The notes under the pieces: generated by a model
Told to the model about the DNA's origin: nothing
The model's database searches: none
The model's input: only the letters and a program-made list of their open reading frames with translations
Source of the DNA: Syntrophomonadaceae bacterium
GTDB lineage: Bacteria > Bacillota > Dethiobacteria > DTU022 > UBA8154
Direction of reading: 5' to 3'
Length of the DNA stretch: 64,000 bases
NCBI GenBank assembly: GCA_007135125.1
Contig: SLJK01000032.1
Coordinates: forward strand, 16,237 to 80,236
Shown: positions 8,601 to 17,671 of the stretch, piece after piece
How the letters are laid out: each line of letters opens with the position of its first letter
Numbering within the stretch: the first letter of the stretch is position 1
Made by a program: the position numbers and the translations under genes

Positions 8601-9083
8601 GTGCCAGTGATTATTTTGGAGAGTCACAGTCAGGAACAGACCAGGAAGATAGGGCGTTTTCTGGGTGAGCGCATTCTTTCCGGAACCGTAATTACCTTGA
8701 ATGGCGAGCTGGGTGCAGGCAAAACTGTGCTGGCCAAAGGGGTAGGAGAAGGCCTGGGCATTAAGAAAGCCATTACCAGCCCTTCTTTTGTATTGATGAA
8801 TATCTATCATGGACGATTTAATTTCTATCATTTTGATTTTTACCGCCTGGAGGAAGAAGAAGAATTATGGGAATTAGGGCTGGAAGAATATTTTTATGAT
8901 GAAGGAGTAGTACTGGTGGAGTGGGCAGACAAATTTATAGACAGTCTTCCTGCTACCAGGCTTGATATTTGTATTGAAAAATCTAAAGATAACCTTGAAA
9001 ACGGCCGTATTCTTTATTTTATACCTCAGGGAAAATTTGATTTAACTGTATTGGAGGAGTTGGAAAGCCAGTGTTTTTGTTAG
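8601..9083 (+). CDS. tsaE: tRNA t6A37 biosynthesis ATPase TsaE (YjeE)
   Basis: Walker A GELGAGKTVLAKG, then …FYHFDFYRL…W.LGLEEY…. GTG start (8601 or 8607). Confidence 0.8.
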   Translation: MPVIILESHSQEQTRKIGRFLGERILSGTVITLNGELGAGKTVLAKGVGEGLGIKKAITSPSFVLMNIYHGRFNFYHFDFYRLEEEEELWELGLEEYFYDEGVVLVEWADKFIDSLPATRLDICIEKSKDNLENGRILYFIPQGKFDLTVLEELESQCFC

Positions 9084-9778
9084 CCATTGATACAACTACA
9101 CCAGTTTGCTCTGTGGCTTTAGGAGACGAAGATAAGCTTTGGGGAGAATATACCCTAAATTTAAAAAACACCCATTCTCAAAAGCTAATGCCTCTTCTTG
9201 TGTCTCTCTTTCAGGAAACAAGAATAGATAAAGATATGTTACAGGGCATTGCAGTGACTACCGGCCCGGGGTCTTTTACCGGTATTCGTATAGGAATGGC
9301 CACCGCAATGGGGCTTGCACAGGGATGGGGAAAACCGCTTGTAAGTGTTATGACTCTGGATGCCCTGGCAGAAGTTGGAGCTTACTATCCCATACTTATC
9401 TGTCCGCTGCTTGATGCCCGAAAAGGCCAGGTATATACTGCTCTGTATCGAGGAGAAAAAGGAAGGGCTCGCATGCTTGAACCTGCTTCAGCCTGTTTCG
9501 CCGACGATCTTTTAGTTCATCTGGAATCATATAAAGAAAAGATTCTTTTTCCGGGCGATCCCCTGGAAAGGACCAGGGAAAAATTTAAAGCTTCCCTGGG
9601 AGAAAAGTACCTGGAGTTTCCTTTATTATTATTGTCCAACAGGGCTTCCCTGGTTCTTAAAAAAGGTATACAAAACTGGAAGGAATTGGGCCCGGAATCT
9701 CCATACGCTTTAAGGCCATATTACCTTCGGCTTCCTGAAGCAGAAAGACGTTTCAAGGAGCAAAAGAAAGGGGAGTAG
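9071..9778 (+). CDS. tsaB: tRNA t6A37 biosynthesis protein TsaB (YeaZ)
   Basis: MFLLAIDTTTPVCSVALG…GPGSFTGIRIG… is an inactive Kae1/YgjD-family paralog. Overlaps the tsaE end by 13 nt. Confidence 0.85.
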   Translation: MFLLAIDTTTPVCSVALGDEDKLWGEYTLNLKNTHSQKLMPLLVSLFQETRIDKDMLQGIAVTTGPGSFTGIRIGMATAMGLAQGWGKPLVSVMTLDALAEVGAYYPILICPLLDARKGQVYTALYRGEKGRARMLEPASACFADDLLVHLESYKEKILFPGDPLERTREKFKASLGEKYLEFPLLLLSNRASLVLKKGIQNWKELGPESPYALRPYYLRLPEAERRFKEQKKGE

Positions 9779-9784
9779 CAGTAG

Positions 9785-10228
9785 TTGCAGTTGGTGATCT
9801 GCCAAATGGAAGAGGATGATTTGGAACAGGTTATTCATATTGAGAAGGAGTCTTTCCGATGTCCATGGTCGCTAAGTTCTTTTCAGAGTGAAATGGGCGT
9901 GAACAAGTACTCCTATTATATTGTAGCCAAAAAGAAGGCAGATAATCTGGTAGTCGGATATACAGGAACGTGGATACTTTTTGAAGAAGCTCATATCACA
10001 ACCCTGGCTGTGCATCCAGATTTCCGCCAGAAAGGAATAGCAGCTATTTTGCTGGAGCATTTGTTAAGTAAATTTAGAAACGTGGGGGTCACCTATATAT
10101 TTTTGGAAGTGAGGAGCTCCAATTATTCCGCCCAAAAGCTTTATGAAAAGTATAGTTTTGCCATAGCCGGGAAACGAAAAAGGTACTATGATGATGAGGA
10201 CGCCATTATAATGGTAAAGCATTTTTAG
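9785..10228 (+). CDS. rimI: ribosomal-protein-alanine N-acetyltransferase RimI (GNAT)
   Basis: 147 aa GNAT (…AVHPDFRQKGIAAILLEHL…) in the canonical tsaB-rimI-tsaD position. TTG start with RBS AAAGGGGAG. Confidence 0.8.
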   Translation: MQLVICQMEEDDLEQVIHIEKESFRCPWSLSSFQSEMGVNKYSYYIVAKKKADNLVVGYTGTWILFEEAHITTLAVHPDFRQKGIAAILLEHLLSKFRNVGVTYIFLEVRSSNYSAQKLYEKYSFAIAGKRKRYYDDEDAIIMVKHF

Positions 10229-10244
10229 GAAGAGGTGCTGTTAA

Positions 10245-11267
10245 ATGTTAAGCAAAACTGTTATCCTGGGCCTGGAAACAAGTTGCGATGACACAGCTGC
10301 AGCGGTAGTTGCTAACGGGCGGAATATTTTAAGTAACGTGGTCTCGTCCCAGGACAGTTTGCATCATCGTTTTGGAGGAGTGGTGCCGGAGGTAGCCTCA
10401 AGGCGCCACCTGGAAATTATTAACCCTCTTATAGACGAAGCCATGAGTAAAGCAGGTATTAGCCTCCAGGAAATAGATGGAATAGCGGTATCTTATGGAC
10501 CAGGCCTGGTTGGTTCTCTTCTGGTAGGGGTATCAATAGCTAAAGCTCTATCTTATGCCCTGGATATTCCATTGATACCTGTTAATCACCTGGAAGGACA
10601 TATTTATGCAAATTTTTTAACCGGGTCCATCATTACTTTTCCTCTTGTCTGCCTGGTAGTTTCCGGGGGGCATACTTCACTTCTTTATGTGGAAGGTCAT
10701 GGCAAAATTGAAGTACTTGGAAAGACACGGGATGATGCAGCAGGAGAAGTCTTCGATAAAATTGCCAGGGCTCTGGACCTGGGATTTCCCGGAGGACCAG
10801 TTATCGAGCGTCACGCCCAGCAGGGGGATTCGTCTGTTCTTTCTTTTCCGCGGGCCTTGATGGGAGAAGATGGAAAGATGGATTTTAGTTTCAGCGGAGT
10901 TAAGACTGCTGTATTGAATTACATTCGCATGGAGCAAGAGAAGGGTTCCAGGACAGACATTTATGCCCTCTCCGCTGCTTTTCAGGATGCAGTGGTGGAG
11001 GTGCTGGTGGATAAATCTTTTATGGCTGCCCGGCAAAAGGAGGCCAAACAATTCTTGCTGGCCGGCGGGGTTGCTGCCAACGGTGAGCTTAGAAGAAGAC
11101 TGCGCGTTAAACTGGAAGCGGAAGGGATAGAGGTTGTTGCACCTCCTGTGGAGCTGTGTACCGATAATGGAGCTATGGTTGCTGCTGCCGGGTATTATTA
11201 CCTGAGAAGAGGTATTCGGGCCAATTGGGATTTAAACGCAGTGCCCAGCCTGGAAGTTGGCCAATAA
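10245..11267 (+). CDS. tsaD: tRNA N6-adenosine threonylcarbamoyltransferase TsaD (Gcp/Kae1/YgjD)
   Basis: MLSKTVILGLETSCDDTAAAVV…NHLEGHIYANFL…VSGGHTS…GVAANGELR is the universal Kae1/TsaD signature. Confidence 0.9.
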   Translation: MLSKTVILGLETSCDDTAAAVVANGRNILSNVVSSQDSLHHRFGGVVPEVASRRHLEIINPLIDEAMSKAGISLQEIDGIAVSYGPGLVGSLLVGVSIAKALSYALDIPLIPVNHLEGHIYANFLTGSIITFPLVCLVVSGGHTSLLYVEGHGKIEVLGKTRDDAAGEVFDKIARALDLGFPGGPVIERHAQQGDSSVLSFPRALMGEDGKMDFSFSGVKTAVLNYIRMEQEKGSRTDIYALSAAFQDAVVEVLVDKSFMAARQKEAKQFLLAGGVAANGELRRRLRVKLEAEGIEVVAPPVELCTDNGAMVAAAGYYYLRRGIRANWDLNAVPSLEVGQ

Positions 11268-11296
11268 TATTTTTTTATGTTACCTGATGTAAAAAC

Positions 11297-11381
11297 TGTG
11301 GATAGAATACTTAGAGGCGCTTAAAATGAGGGTTTTTCTGTGGATAAACCTGTGGATACTGTGAATACTTTTTGTGGAAAA
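11297..11381 (+). promoter_or_regulatory. cluster of four co-oriented DnaA boxes (TGTGGATAA-type)
   Basis: TGTGGATAg (11297-11305), TGTGGATAA (11339-11347, perfect reverse complement of TTATCCACA), TGTGGATAc (11351-11359) and TGTGGAaAA (11373-11381). Confidence 0.5.
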
Positions 11382-11561
11382 TAGTTGTCTCGTGTTGAAA
11401 CATATTATAGGCAGGGATAATATCAGCTTCAGTAATGTGACATAATTCTTTTTTTGTTAGTTGCGGAACGTACCCTCAGGGTGCCGGTATTTTTGCTATA
11501 ATTATTTATGACAACCGGTGGCGCAGTATTTATCTTAGTGTTACGAAAGGAAGGAGATTGT

Positions 11562-12965
11562 TTGCTGCATACTTTTCAGACGGTTCATTTCATAGGTATC
11601 GGTGGCTACGGAATGAGTGCCCTTGCTTATATCTTACTTCGCTCTGGATATGTGGTGCAGGGTTCTGATATAAAGATGTCTACACTGGTTAAGTCTCTGG
11701 AAAATTCAGGAGCAAAGATCTTTAGAGGTCATAGCCCGGCCCATATAGACGGTGCAGATCTTGTAGTTTATTCCACTGCTATTCCTGCAGATAACTCTGA
11801 ACTGGCTGCTGCCAGGGGAAAGAGCCTTACGGTTTGGCATCGATCAGAACTTTTAGCTGCTTTGCTGAATACAGGTTGTGGAATAGCGGTCGCTGGTGCC
11901 CACGGAAAAACTACAACTTCTGCTATGCTCTCCTTGATTTTGGAAAAAGGAGGGTTAGATCCTACCGCTCTTGTTGGCGGCGAAGTGCCTTCTTTTAATG
12001 GGAATGCGCGTTTAGGGAGCAGTAATATTATTGTAGCGGAGGCATGTGAAAGCGATCATTCTTTTTTACGATATAAGCCTTATCTGGCGTTGATAACTAA
12101 CATTGAAGCTGACCACCTGGAACATTATGAAGGTAATTTTCAATATCTTTTGGAAGGTTACCGGCAATTTATTAATAATGTTAAAAGAGAGGGTACTCTT
12201 ATTTATTGTGGTGATGATCCTTTTTTAATGGAGATGCAGGCATTATTGCCCCCTAACTCCCTTTCGTACGGTCTGTCTCAAAGTGTAGATTTTAGAGGAG
12301 AGCTGTTGGAGTTGCAAGAAATGGGTTCACGCTTCGCTGTTTCTTGCAAGGGCGAACATAAAGGAAATCTGGTTTTGAATATACCAGGTTCTCATAATGT
12401 TCTTAACGCTCTTGGGGCTGCAGCAGCAGCCTTTGTTCTCGGTGTGGACTTCAAAGCTGTACAGGAGGCGCTGTATACTTTTACAGGTGCGCGAAGAAGG
12501 TTTGAAAAAATTGGTGAAGAAAATGATATCCTGGTAATAGACGATTATGCCCATCATTCCACAGAAGTCAGGGTTACCCTGGAAGCTGCGAGACGCAGCG
12601 GCAGAAGAGTGATCTGCGTTTTTCAACCGCATCGTTATACGCGTACCAGCTTTCTATGGAATGAGTTTGTCGAAGCTTTTAATGATGCTGATATACTTAT
12701 GCTGTCGGAGATCTACGGTGCAGGCGAAGAACCTCTGGAAGGGGTTAACTCCGGTGAGCTCGGCCTGCAGATCAGCGAAAGAACGCAGAAAAACGTTTAT
12801 GTGGCGAAGACAGGTGAAGAGCTGCTGCAGCGCCTCATAAAGGTTGCTGTGAAAGGAGATATTGTTTTAACAATGGGCGCAGGAGATATCTGGCAGGTTG
12901 GTAGGAATTATTACCAGTATTTGCTAAGAAATAGCAGTATTCATGCCATGGAGGACCAGGGTTAA
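11562..12965 (+). CDS. murC: UDP-N-acetylmuramate--L-alanine ligase
   Basis: HFIGIGGYGMSALA, …AGAHGKTTTSAML… and a Mur ligase C-domain. The ORF opens at 11508. In-frame TTG 11562 with AAGGAG 6 nt upstream is the likely start (about 467 aa). Confidence 0.8.
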   Translation: MLHTFQTVHFIGIGGYGMSALAYILLRSGYVVQGSDIKMSTLVKSLENSGAKIFRGHSPAHIDGADLVVYSTAIPADNSELAAARGKSLTVWHRSELLAALLNTGCGIAVAGAHGKTTTSAMLSLILEKGGLDPTALVGGEVPSFNGNARLGSSNIIVAEACESDHSFLRYKPYLALITNIEADHLEHYEGNFQYLLEGYRQFINNVKREGTLIYCGDDPFLMEMQALLPPNSLSYGLSQSVDFRGELLELQEMGSRFAVSCKGEHKGNLVLNIPGSHNVLNALGAAAAAFVLGVDFKAVQEALYTFTGARRRFEKIGEENDILVIDDYAHHSTEVRVTLEAARRSGRRVICVFQPHRYTRTSFLWNEFVEAFNDADILMLSEIYGAGEEPLEGVNSGELGLQISERTQKNVYVAKTGEELLQRLIKVAVKGDIVLTMGAGDIWQVGRNYYQYLLRNSSIHAMEDQG

Positions 12966-13011
12966 AAGGCTTGAAAATGAAAACTATGTCGGTAAGGCAA
13001 GTATATAATGG

Positions 13012-13869
13012 GTGGGGAAAAGGGGTCCGAAAAGTTTGTTAAACAATAGTTTTATACATTTTAGCGGGATAGGCACAAAAACAGAGACAAAGCTGTGGGA
13101 ACAAGGAATTTATGATTGGGATGGTCTGGAGGGTGCTGTACGAAAAAACAGGTGGAAGGGCAGGAATTCACCCAGCTTGTTGGGGGAGGTTGAAGAGTCG
13201 CGGAAGAGGCTCGAGGAGGGGAACGCTGTTTTTTTTGCCCAACGGACACCTGGCAGGGAGCACTGGCGACTATTGGGGGAGTTTCGTGAACAGACGGCTT
13301 TTTTAGATATCGAAACAACTGGGCTGGGTTTTTCCCAGGATTATATAACGACCATTGCGCTGTATGACGGTAGGAATATTTATTATTACGTTTGGGGTGA
13401 AAACCTGTACCAGTTTGCAGAAGATATAAAAAATTACGGCCTTGTGGTAACTTATAACGGCAAGCTTTTTGATGTACCTTTTATTGAGAGGTATTTAAAT
13501 ATACACCTGGAGCTTGCCCATATCGATTTGCGTTATATTCTCCATGCATTGGGGTACAGGGGAGGCCTTAAAGGGTGTGAACGGCAGATGGGTATTGGGC
13601 GTGGTGACCTTGATGGTGTGGATGGTTATATGGCTGTACTTCTCTGGCGGGAATACCGAAAGAAAAAGGATGTTCGCGCCCTGGAAACGCTGCTTTCCTA
13701 TAATATAGAAGATGCGGTTAATTTGGAAAAATTAGCCTGCTGTGCTTACAATATGCTGCTTGAAGCTACCCCTTTTAAAGAGAAAACGTTGGCCCCTCCC
13801 GGGGGATGTACTGTTCCATTCAGCCCCTCCAGGGAAATTATTTCCAGGCTTTCCCGCCAGTTGAGGTGA
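13012..13869 (+). CDS. RNase H-like-fold predicted exonuclease (YprB/COG3359-like) with N-terminal HhH-like motif
   Basis: FSGIGTKTETKLWEQG (HhH-like), then FLDIETTGL…YNGKLFDVPF…YNIEDAVNLEKL (DEDD/RNaseH-like acidic motifs). The start could be TTG 13036. Confidence 0.5.
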   Translation: MGKRGPKSLLNNSFIHFSGIGTKTETKLWEQGIYDWDGLEGAVRKNRWKGRNSPSLLGEVEESRKRLEEGNAVFFAQRTPGREHWRLLGEFREQTAFLDIETTGLGFSQDYITTIALYDGRNIYYYVWGENLYQFAEDIKNYGLVVTYNGKLFDVPFIERYLNIHLELAHIDLRYILHALGYRGGLKGCERQMGIGRGDLDGVDGYMAVLLWREYRKKKDVRALETLLSYNIEDAVNLEKLACCAYNMLLEATPFKEKTLAPPGGCTVPFSPSREIISRLSRQLR

Positions 13870-13932
13870 GGTTCAGCTTGAGGACTAATACATATAAGTC
13901 AGGTTTTTGGGGAGCTGGTTTAATAAGTAGTA

Positions 13933-15177
13933 TCAAGTAGTTTTAAAAATTGCCTCTGGCTCTGTATAATCCCTGGGGGAGGTGAAAAATTTTTTGTGTA
14001 GGCAGATACACTTTAGTTTTTTTCCCCTGGTAATAGTTCCGTTGTTACTCCCCAGCCCCAATATGCGGGTTCCGTTTTGTACCGCGATTCGCAGGATTTC
14101 CAGGGGGGAAAGCCCGGCCTGGTGAAAGAAAAGCAGTTCCTGATGATATCCAGCTTCCCATGTTACGCCGGGGGATCCCGTATCTGTTCCAATCCCCAGT
14201 GATACCCCCAGTTGTTGCGCTTTTTTTATGGCAGCGAGCTGTTCCTGCATAATATCTTGCAGCAATTCTCTTTCCGGTGATTTTTGTTCTTTTTTGTATA
14301 ATTTAAGTGCCGCTCCCACCGGCGCGACCGTGGGGACCCATGAGACTTTTCTTTCAGCCATTAATTCCAGGGTCTTTTCTTGAAGGAAATAGCCATGTTC
14401 TACTGAATGAACTCCTGCTTCCACCGCCATACGTACAGCATTATCCGAACTGGCATGGACCATTACCGGCAACCCTTTTTTTTCTGCTTTTTGTACGATT
14501 GCTCGCATTTCTTCAGCGGAGAATTGCAAAGCTCCTACTTTGCCTTTGCGGTGAAAACTAACCAGACCGGTTAGTACTACTTTTAATTGTGAGGCGCCCT
14601 CATCTTTGAGGCTGTTGATTAATTCTTCTGCCTCGTGCAGGTTATTAACTCCTTCGCCCCCCAGACCACTGCCGTAGCAACCCCGGCGGTACAGGGCTTT
14701 TCCGCAGCCAATTACCTGGGGATAGGCTGCTTTTTGGGGAACACTATAGTTTGGCAAGCTGTCCCCGGTTACCCGGAGGGAAGTGCCCCGATAATCACCT
14801 CCGTCCCGCAGGGCAACTAAACCGTTATTTGCAGCGATGCGGAGCCGTTTTTCCAGCACCTCTGCCGGAACCGGAGCAGTGAGACTTTTAAAACCATTTA
14901 TACCGTCCAGGGCCAGGTGGACATGGCAGTCCACAAAGCCGGGTATCAACAACCATTCGGAAGGCAGGGAAATGACTCTCCAGTCGGTGGGAGACCTGAA
15001 CTGTTCTCCTCTTTTCAGTACGCTGACCTGCTGTATCCTGTTGTTGCGCAAGTAAATGGCTACCCGGGCGCTTTTTTCACCCGCAGAGGGGCGAACCTCT
15101 TTGTCCAAGAAGAAGGTTACTGCTTCGGTCTCTATGATGACTTTCTCTTTTGCGGGTAAAATATACTGTTCCATCAA
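13933..15177 (-). CDS. amidohydrolase-family metal-dependent hydrolase
   Basis: 414 aa. LIPGFVDCHVHLALDG (HxH metal motif), …VHSVEHG…, GTDTG is a TIM-barrel amidohydrolase (imidazolonepropionase/chlorohydrolase-like). Confidence 0.7.
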   Translation of the reverse strand: MMEQYILPAKEKVIIETEAVTFFLDKEVRPSAGEKSARVAIYLRNNRIQQVSVLKRGEQFRSPTDWRVISLPSEWLLIPGFVDCHVHLALDGINGFKSLTAPVPAEVLEKRLRIAANNGLVALRDGGDYRGTSLRVTGDSLPNYSVPQKAAYPQVIGCGKALYRRGCYGSGLGGEGVNNLHEAEELINSLKDEGASQLKVVLTGLVSFHRKGKVGALQFSAEEMRAIVQKAEKKGLPVMVHASSDNAVRMAVEAGVHSVEHGYFLQEKTLELMAERKVSWVPTVAPVGAALKLYKKEQKSPERELLQDIMQEQLAAIKKAQQLGVSLGIGTDTGSPGVTWEAGYHQELLFFHQAGLSPLEILRIAVQNGTRILGLGSNNGTITRGKKLKCICLHKKFFTSPRDYTEPEAIFKTT

Positions 15178-15238
15178 TGCCTCCAGAGTGCTTAGATCTG
15201 CAGTGATTCTGCATAGAATTTCTGGTATTAATATCCTT

Positions 15239-16921
15239 TTAGGGTAGGGGCTTGAAGGTAGATATGTGTCCTCCCAGGGACTCTACTGTTTCTCCTTCAA
15301 CCAATATTTGCACGGCGTTTATCTCTTGCAATTGTGTCAGGGTTTGCACGATAGAATTCACCAGTACACTTTCTGCTTCACTGCCATAGCTTGCCTCAGC
15401 TATCGCTGAGGAAAAGTCCACGTAAGCTACGGCGTTTTCCACGTGTACTCCCAGCAATTCTGTATCTTCCGGGATAATCCTGCTGAGCTCCGGTTTCTCC
15501 GGGCCTTGAAGAAGTGCCTTTACAAGCTCTTGTGGTTCGGGCGGGGATTCAAAGCTTCTCTTTTCTTTTTCTAACCGGAAGCTGGTGTCCGTAATCTCCA
15601 TGTAGTACAGGGTATATTCCCCTGCCTCGGTTTGTGCAGTTTTAGCGGAAACCGCTTCCCAATTTATCTTGCTGCCGGCCACTTCTTCTAGAGTTTTTTC
15701 CAGTTGAAACGTTTCCCTGGTACTAACAATGAATATTTCGGCGTCGCTTTTAATCCACCTGGCGACATTACTTTCCCCGCTATATAGTTCAAACACGTTT
15801 TGAACGCCTTCGTCCACTTCCACCCTATCATTATCCAGTGTCCCTTGTTCACCACCAGCCATAAAATGGGGCTCATTGGGGGTAGTTGTATAATAGATGT
15901 CCAAAAAGTCTTTTCCACTTTCTCCCCTAAAGCGGAGCACATAGTCAAAAAAAGGCTCGTCCAAAAGACCTGCTTGTATCAATTCCATATCCGCAGGAGC
16001 AGCTGCAAGTGCTTGCCCAACTTCAGGCCATCCGTCTTTCACCTCTTCTAAAGAGATGGCCTGGTTTAGCTCTTCGACCTCTATTCCCGCTGGGAGTTCC
16101 CAGGCAAAACTATCTTCTTCCAGGGCAGGGTTAATCTCCAGCTCTTTGAACTCTACGGTCAAACTGGAGCCGTCCGGGTGGTTTAGAACTTTGCGCAAAG
16201 GCAGGTTAACAGATTCGTCTATCCACATCTGGTGAAAATCTTCGTCCCCGGGGAAGCGGTATTCCAGAACGGTTGTGTTACGCTCGAAAATTTTTTCTTT
16301 ACCCAGCACATTAATTTCTGCGGCTTCTTCTAATTCCCATACAGCAGTGCCGATATGGTAGCGCCACAGTTCTCTCTCCGGAAAAAGGTTATCTACCGTA
16401 ATTTTTGTGGGCCCGATAATTGCCAGTTTTTCTCCGTCGCTCAGATAATGTCTCTCCGAATTATTCCAGATGTGAAAGGCAGAATATTGTAGTGGTTTTT
16501 GATATTTTATCTCTATTGTTTCTAAAAACTCTGTTTCTCCTTCTCGTTCTGATCTTATCTCCACCACTCCCTTGTAACTATGCAGCTCTTCGTAAGCCTC
16601 TACAACGGCATGAACAATGTTCCCGTCGTTTATACCGGTTAGGTTGAACAGGTTCAGCCCCAATACCAGGAGGATAGCTGCCGCTGCGGCTACTGCTCCT
16701 TTAAAGGAGCGTGAACGAAAAAATGCAGCTGTGGTGTTGTATTTCCACGCTTTTTTTATTCTTTTTACAGCCCTTACAGTTTCAAACATTTTTTCCAGTT
16801 CTGCATCTTTTTCTGTTTCTTTTCCTTGCTCCTGGCGACGATAAAAAGCAGGTTTCTGCTCGTTTCGCAGATTATCTATGAATTCATCGATATATTCTTC
16901 ATGTCGATTCTCATTCATCAA
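15239..16921 (-). CDS. membrane-spanning anti-sigma factor with extracytoplasmic GerMN-like domain
   Basis: 560 aa. Short cytoplasmic N-terminus, one TM helix (AAAAAILLVLGLNLFNL), a large extracellular region, and a C-terminal block LVKALLQGPE…LGVHVENAVAYVDFS…QILVEGETVESLGGH (GerMN-type). Start overlaps the sigma gene stop. Confidence 0.55.
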   Translation of the reverse strand: MMNENRHEEYIDEFIDNLRNEQKPAFYRRQEQGKETEKDAELEKMFETVRAVKRIKKAWKYNTTAAFFRSRSFKGAVAAAAAILLVLGLNLFNLTGINDGNIVHAVVEAYEELHSYKGVVEIRSEREGETEFLETIEIKYQKPLQYSAFHIWNNSERHYLSDGEKLAIIGPTKITVDNLFPERELWRYHIGTAVWELEEAAEINVLGKEKIFERNTTVLEYRFPGDEDFHQMWIDESVNLPLRKVLNHPDGSSLTVEFKELEINPALEEDSFAWELPAGIEVEELNQAISLEEVKDGWPEVGQALAAAPADMELIQAGLLDEPFFDYVLRFRGESGKDFLDIYYTTTPNEPHFMAGGEQGTLDNDRVEVDEGVQNVFELYSGESNVARWIKSDAEIFIVSTRETFQLEKTLEEVAGSKINWEAVSAKTAQTEAGEYTLYYMEITDTSFRLEKEKRSFESPPEPQELVKALLQGPEKPELSRIIPEDTELLGVHVENAVAYVDFSSAIAEASYGSEAESVLVNSIVQTLTQLQEINAVQILVEGETVESLGGHISTFKPLP

Positions 16922-17444
16922 AATAACCCCCTTCTTGCAGTTTAGTTTTTAATGCCTGCACTGCTCTAAACTGCAGGCTTCTTACAGCGCCGGGTTTACG
17001 TCCCATTTTCATTGCCACTTCTTCCACTGACCATCCTTCTATAATTCGATAGGTTAAAACTTTTTTGTAGTCATGGCTAAGCTCCTGCAATGCTTGTTGA
17101 ACCATCAGTCTTTCTTCCACCTCCTGGCGCTGTTGAGGAATGTCCCACCCTTTTTCCCGGAGCTCTTCGACCGAAAGAGAACCAGGCCTTCTTCCCCTTT
17201 TTCGCCAGAGGTCGGTAAGCAGGTTGCGGGCAGAAGTAAAAAGGTATGCTTCTATCTTATCGTGTTCTATGTTATCATTACCTGTCTGGCGAAAGACTTT
17301 ATGAAAAGTTTCCTGGGTCAGTTCTTCAGCTTCTTCCTTGTTTTGTACTTTGTAATAAAAAAAACGGTACAGTCGTGGCCAGAACTCTTTTGCTCGCAAA
17401 TTTAATTCTTCCTGAATACTTGCAGCAGCTTGCTTCATCGACAA
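16911..17444 (-). CDS. ECF (group IV sigma-70) RNA polymerase sigma factor
   Basis: 177 aa with sigma-70 region 2 (…FWPRLYRFFYYKV…EAEELTQETFHKV…) and region 4 (…EGWSVEEVAMKMGRKPGAVRSLQFRA…). Confidence 0.8.
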   Translation of the reverse strand: MSMKQAAASIQEELNLRAKEFWPRLYRFFYYKVQNKEEAEELTQETFHKVFRQTGNDNIEHDKIEAYLFTSARNLLTDLWRKRGRRPGSLSVEELREKGWDIPQQRQEVEERLMVQQALQELSHDYKKVLTYRIIEGWSVEEVAMKMGRKPGAVRSLQFRAVQALKTKLQEGGYFDE

Positions 17445-17490
17445 TTCACCTCGATACCGCGCGATATCGTATTATTCATTCTAATATAAA

Positions 17491-17516
17491 AGACGATCAA
17501 GTTGCCTTTTCGTTAC
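17491..17516 (-). promoter_or_regulatory. candidate autoregulated ECF-type promoter (AAC-N16-CGTC)
   Basis: Minus strand reads GTAACG, 15-16 nt, then CGTCT, about 40 nt upstream of the sigma start. Confidence 0.3.
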
Positions 17517-17671
17517 GAACACGGGTAGATTTATCGAAACAAGTACAGTTTTTACTTGAATTAAGGGGTAATATTATGTAGACTGGATTAATAAAGGCCA
17601 GAGAATGCCTTTAGTTTGCTTAAAGAAGTTATTCATGTCTATGAAATGGTTTTGAGGGGTTGAGTTAATGT

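Noticed and set aside
11297-11381. DnaA-box cluster as the chromosomal origin (oriC)
   Set aside because: No dnaA or dnaN gene is adjacent, and no clear AT-rich unwinding element with DnaA-trio repeats is present. The boxes sit between tsaD and murC. This is better explained as a secondary DnaA-binding cluster like the Bacillus gcp-ydiF one.
11290-11385. CRISPR array (repeated TGTGGATA units)
   Set aside because: There are only four short 9-mers, with irregular 12-42 nt spacing and no cas genes. They match the DnaA-box consensus instead.
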